In this document: one piece after another, positions 63,228 to 64,000 of the stretch
Position numbering within the stretch: the first letter of the stretch is position 1
Layout of the letters: the number at the start of each line of letters is the position of its first letter
Assembly (NCBI GenBank): GCA_020053305.1
Contig: JAGVNJ010000074.1
Coordinates: 7,348 to 71,347, forward strand
From: Candidatus Edwardsbacteria bacterium
Lineage (GTDB): Bacteria > Edwardsbacteria > AC1 > EtOH8
Length of the DNA: 64,000 bases
Direction: 5' to 3'
Notes under the pieces: generated by a model
Seen by the model: the letters and a program-made list of their open reading frames with translations, nothing else
The model's database searches: none
Told to the model about the DNA's origin: nothing
Position numbers and translations under genes: made by a program

Positions 63228-63732
63228 AATGCAAAATTTAAAATTTAAAACAGCTATACTTACCATCAGCGATAAAGGCGCAGCCGGACAGCGGGAGGAC
63301 CTTTCCGGCCCGGCCATCAAAGAAATGCTGTCCAGCCTGGATGCCGAGATCGTGGCCGCCGAGATCATTCCCGATGAAAGAATACTGATCTCCGAAAGGT
63401 TGATGCACTACGCCGACAAGGCCTGCTGCGATCTGGTGCTGACCACCGGGGGCACCGGCTTTTCGCCCCGTGATGTCACTCCCGAGGCCACCCGGGAGGT
63501 GATCGACCGCCTGGTGCCGGGAATTCCCGAGGCCATGCGGGCGGCCGGTCTGTCCCAGACCCCGATGGCCATGATCTCCCGGGCGGCGGCCGGCATCCGG
63601 GGCCGGACCCTGATCATCAACCTTCCCGGCAGCGTCAAGGCGGTGAAAGAGAACCTGGAGGTGATCCTGCCGGTGCTGCCCCACGCCATCGAGATCCTGC
63701 GGGGCGATGCAGGCGAGTGCGGGCGGAACTAA
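63217..63732 (+). CDS. mogA: molybdopterin adenylyltransferase MogA/MoaB
   Basis: AILTISDKGAAGQREDLSGP, the LVLTTGGTGFSPRDVTPEAT GGTG motif, and IINLPGS. Confidence 0.85.
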   Translation: MKFKMQNLKFKTAILTISDKGAAGQREDLSGPAIKEMLSSLDAEIVAAEIIPDERILISERLMHYADKACCDLVLTTGGTGFSPRDVTPEATREVIDRLVPGIPEAMRAAGLSQTPMAMISRAAAGIRGRTLIINLPGSVKAVKENLEVILPVLPHAIEILRGDAGECGRN

Positions 63733-63733
63733 A

Positions 63734-64000
63734 ATGAAAAAATGGAAGAGTTGGCCCTTTTGGTTACGTGGAATTGTAGTAGCTGAAATATTATACATTT
63801 TATTTTTTGCCACAACTATTTTTATTGATAGTAAGTATCCGTGTGGCGATCCGGTTACAATTATACCTATGGCCATTGGGGTCATAATAGCAAGTATTTT
63901 ATCGATAAGTTCAAGTAGCAATATATTTGCATTTAGCGCGCTGTTTTTTAATTTAATCATTTGTGGTCTTTTGGGTGCATTGATAGGTAAGTTTGTTTGG
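63734..64000 (+). CDS. hypothetical membrane protein, partial (runs off window)
   Basis: AT-rich ORF with hydrophobic helices; truncated at the window end. Confidence 0.3.
   Translation, partial: MKKWKSWPFWLRGIVVAEILYILFFATTIFIDSKYPCGDPVTIIPMAIGVIIASILSISSSSNIFAFSALFFNLIICGLLGALIGKFVW

Overview
The window is a high-GC (about 60% by eye) bacterial chromosomal segment. Coding is almost entirely on the + strand; a single two-gene operon lies on the - strand. Several AT-rich, probably acquired, ORFs interrupt it.

Layout:
- 1-13.3 kb: a complete, tightly translationally coupled dcw cluster: ftsI 3' end, murE, murF, mraY, murD, ftsW, murG, murC, murB, ftsQ, ftsA, ftsZ. No ddl is present.
- 13.3-14.6 kb: an ~0.8 kb hairpin-rich spacer and a 5'-damaged RAYT-like HUH transposase with REP-like palindromes.
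- 14.6-23.1 kb: two adjacent predicted outer-membrane beta-barrel proteins with ComEA-type HhH motifs, a TPR protein, an OMP, rseP, and a low-GC HprK/PEPCK-like P-loop protein.
- 23.3-31.9 kb: an EF-G paralog with degenerate G motifs, an ORF6N protein, asparaginase, a GlcD-like FAD oxidase, a low-GC beta-propeller, rex and lpd.
- 32.0-42.5 kb: two family-5 solute-binding proteins, a HAMP histidine kinase, a single-domain response regulator, a REC-PAS-GGDEF-HD-GYP protein, speE and a SpeA-like decarboxylase.
- 42.5-47.0 kb: a consensus sigma70 promoter driving a 36-aa Cys-rich ORF that the ORF track missed, a DUF1858 protein, an esterase, and the - strand HAD plus multi-ACT pair.
- 47.1-64.0 kb: panBCD with a GlmU-N-terminal-like nucleotidyltransferase, a LytR_C protein, rsfS, argS, a SAM methyltransferase, a DUF2157/GDYXXLXY pair, purM, thiF/moeB with thiS/moaD, a metallophosphoesterase, moaA, moaC, a MOSC protein and mogA.

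The most unusual content is three families of miniature nuclease-associated selfish modules sitting in intergenic spacers between housekeeping genes:
- Two GIY-YIG genes, each bounded by nested terminal inverted repeats (GTCATTGCGAG..CGAAGCAATC), plus a gene-less 94-bp MITE-like copy and a solo end.
- Two DUF559 endonuclease genes bounded by inverted repeats and CCCCTCT/AGAGGGG hairpins, plus gene-less end copies after ftsZ and at the RAYT 5' end.
- The RAYT gene with its REP-like palindromes.

No rRNA, tRNA or CRISPR was recognised.
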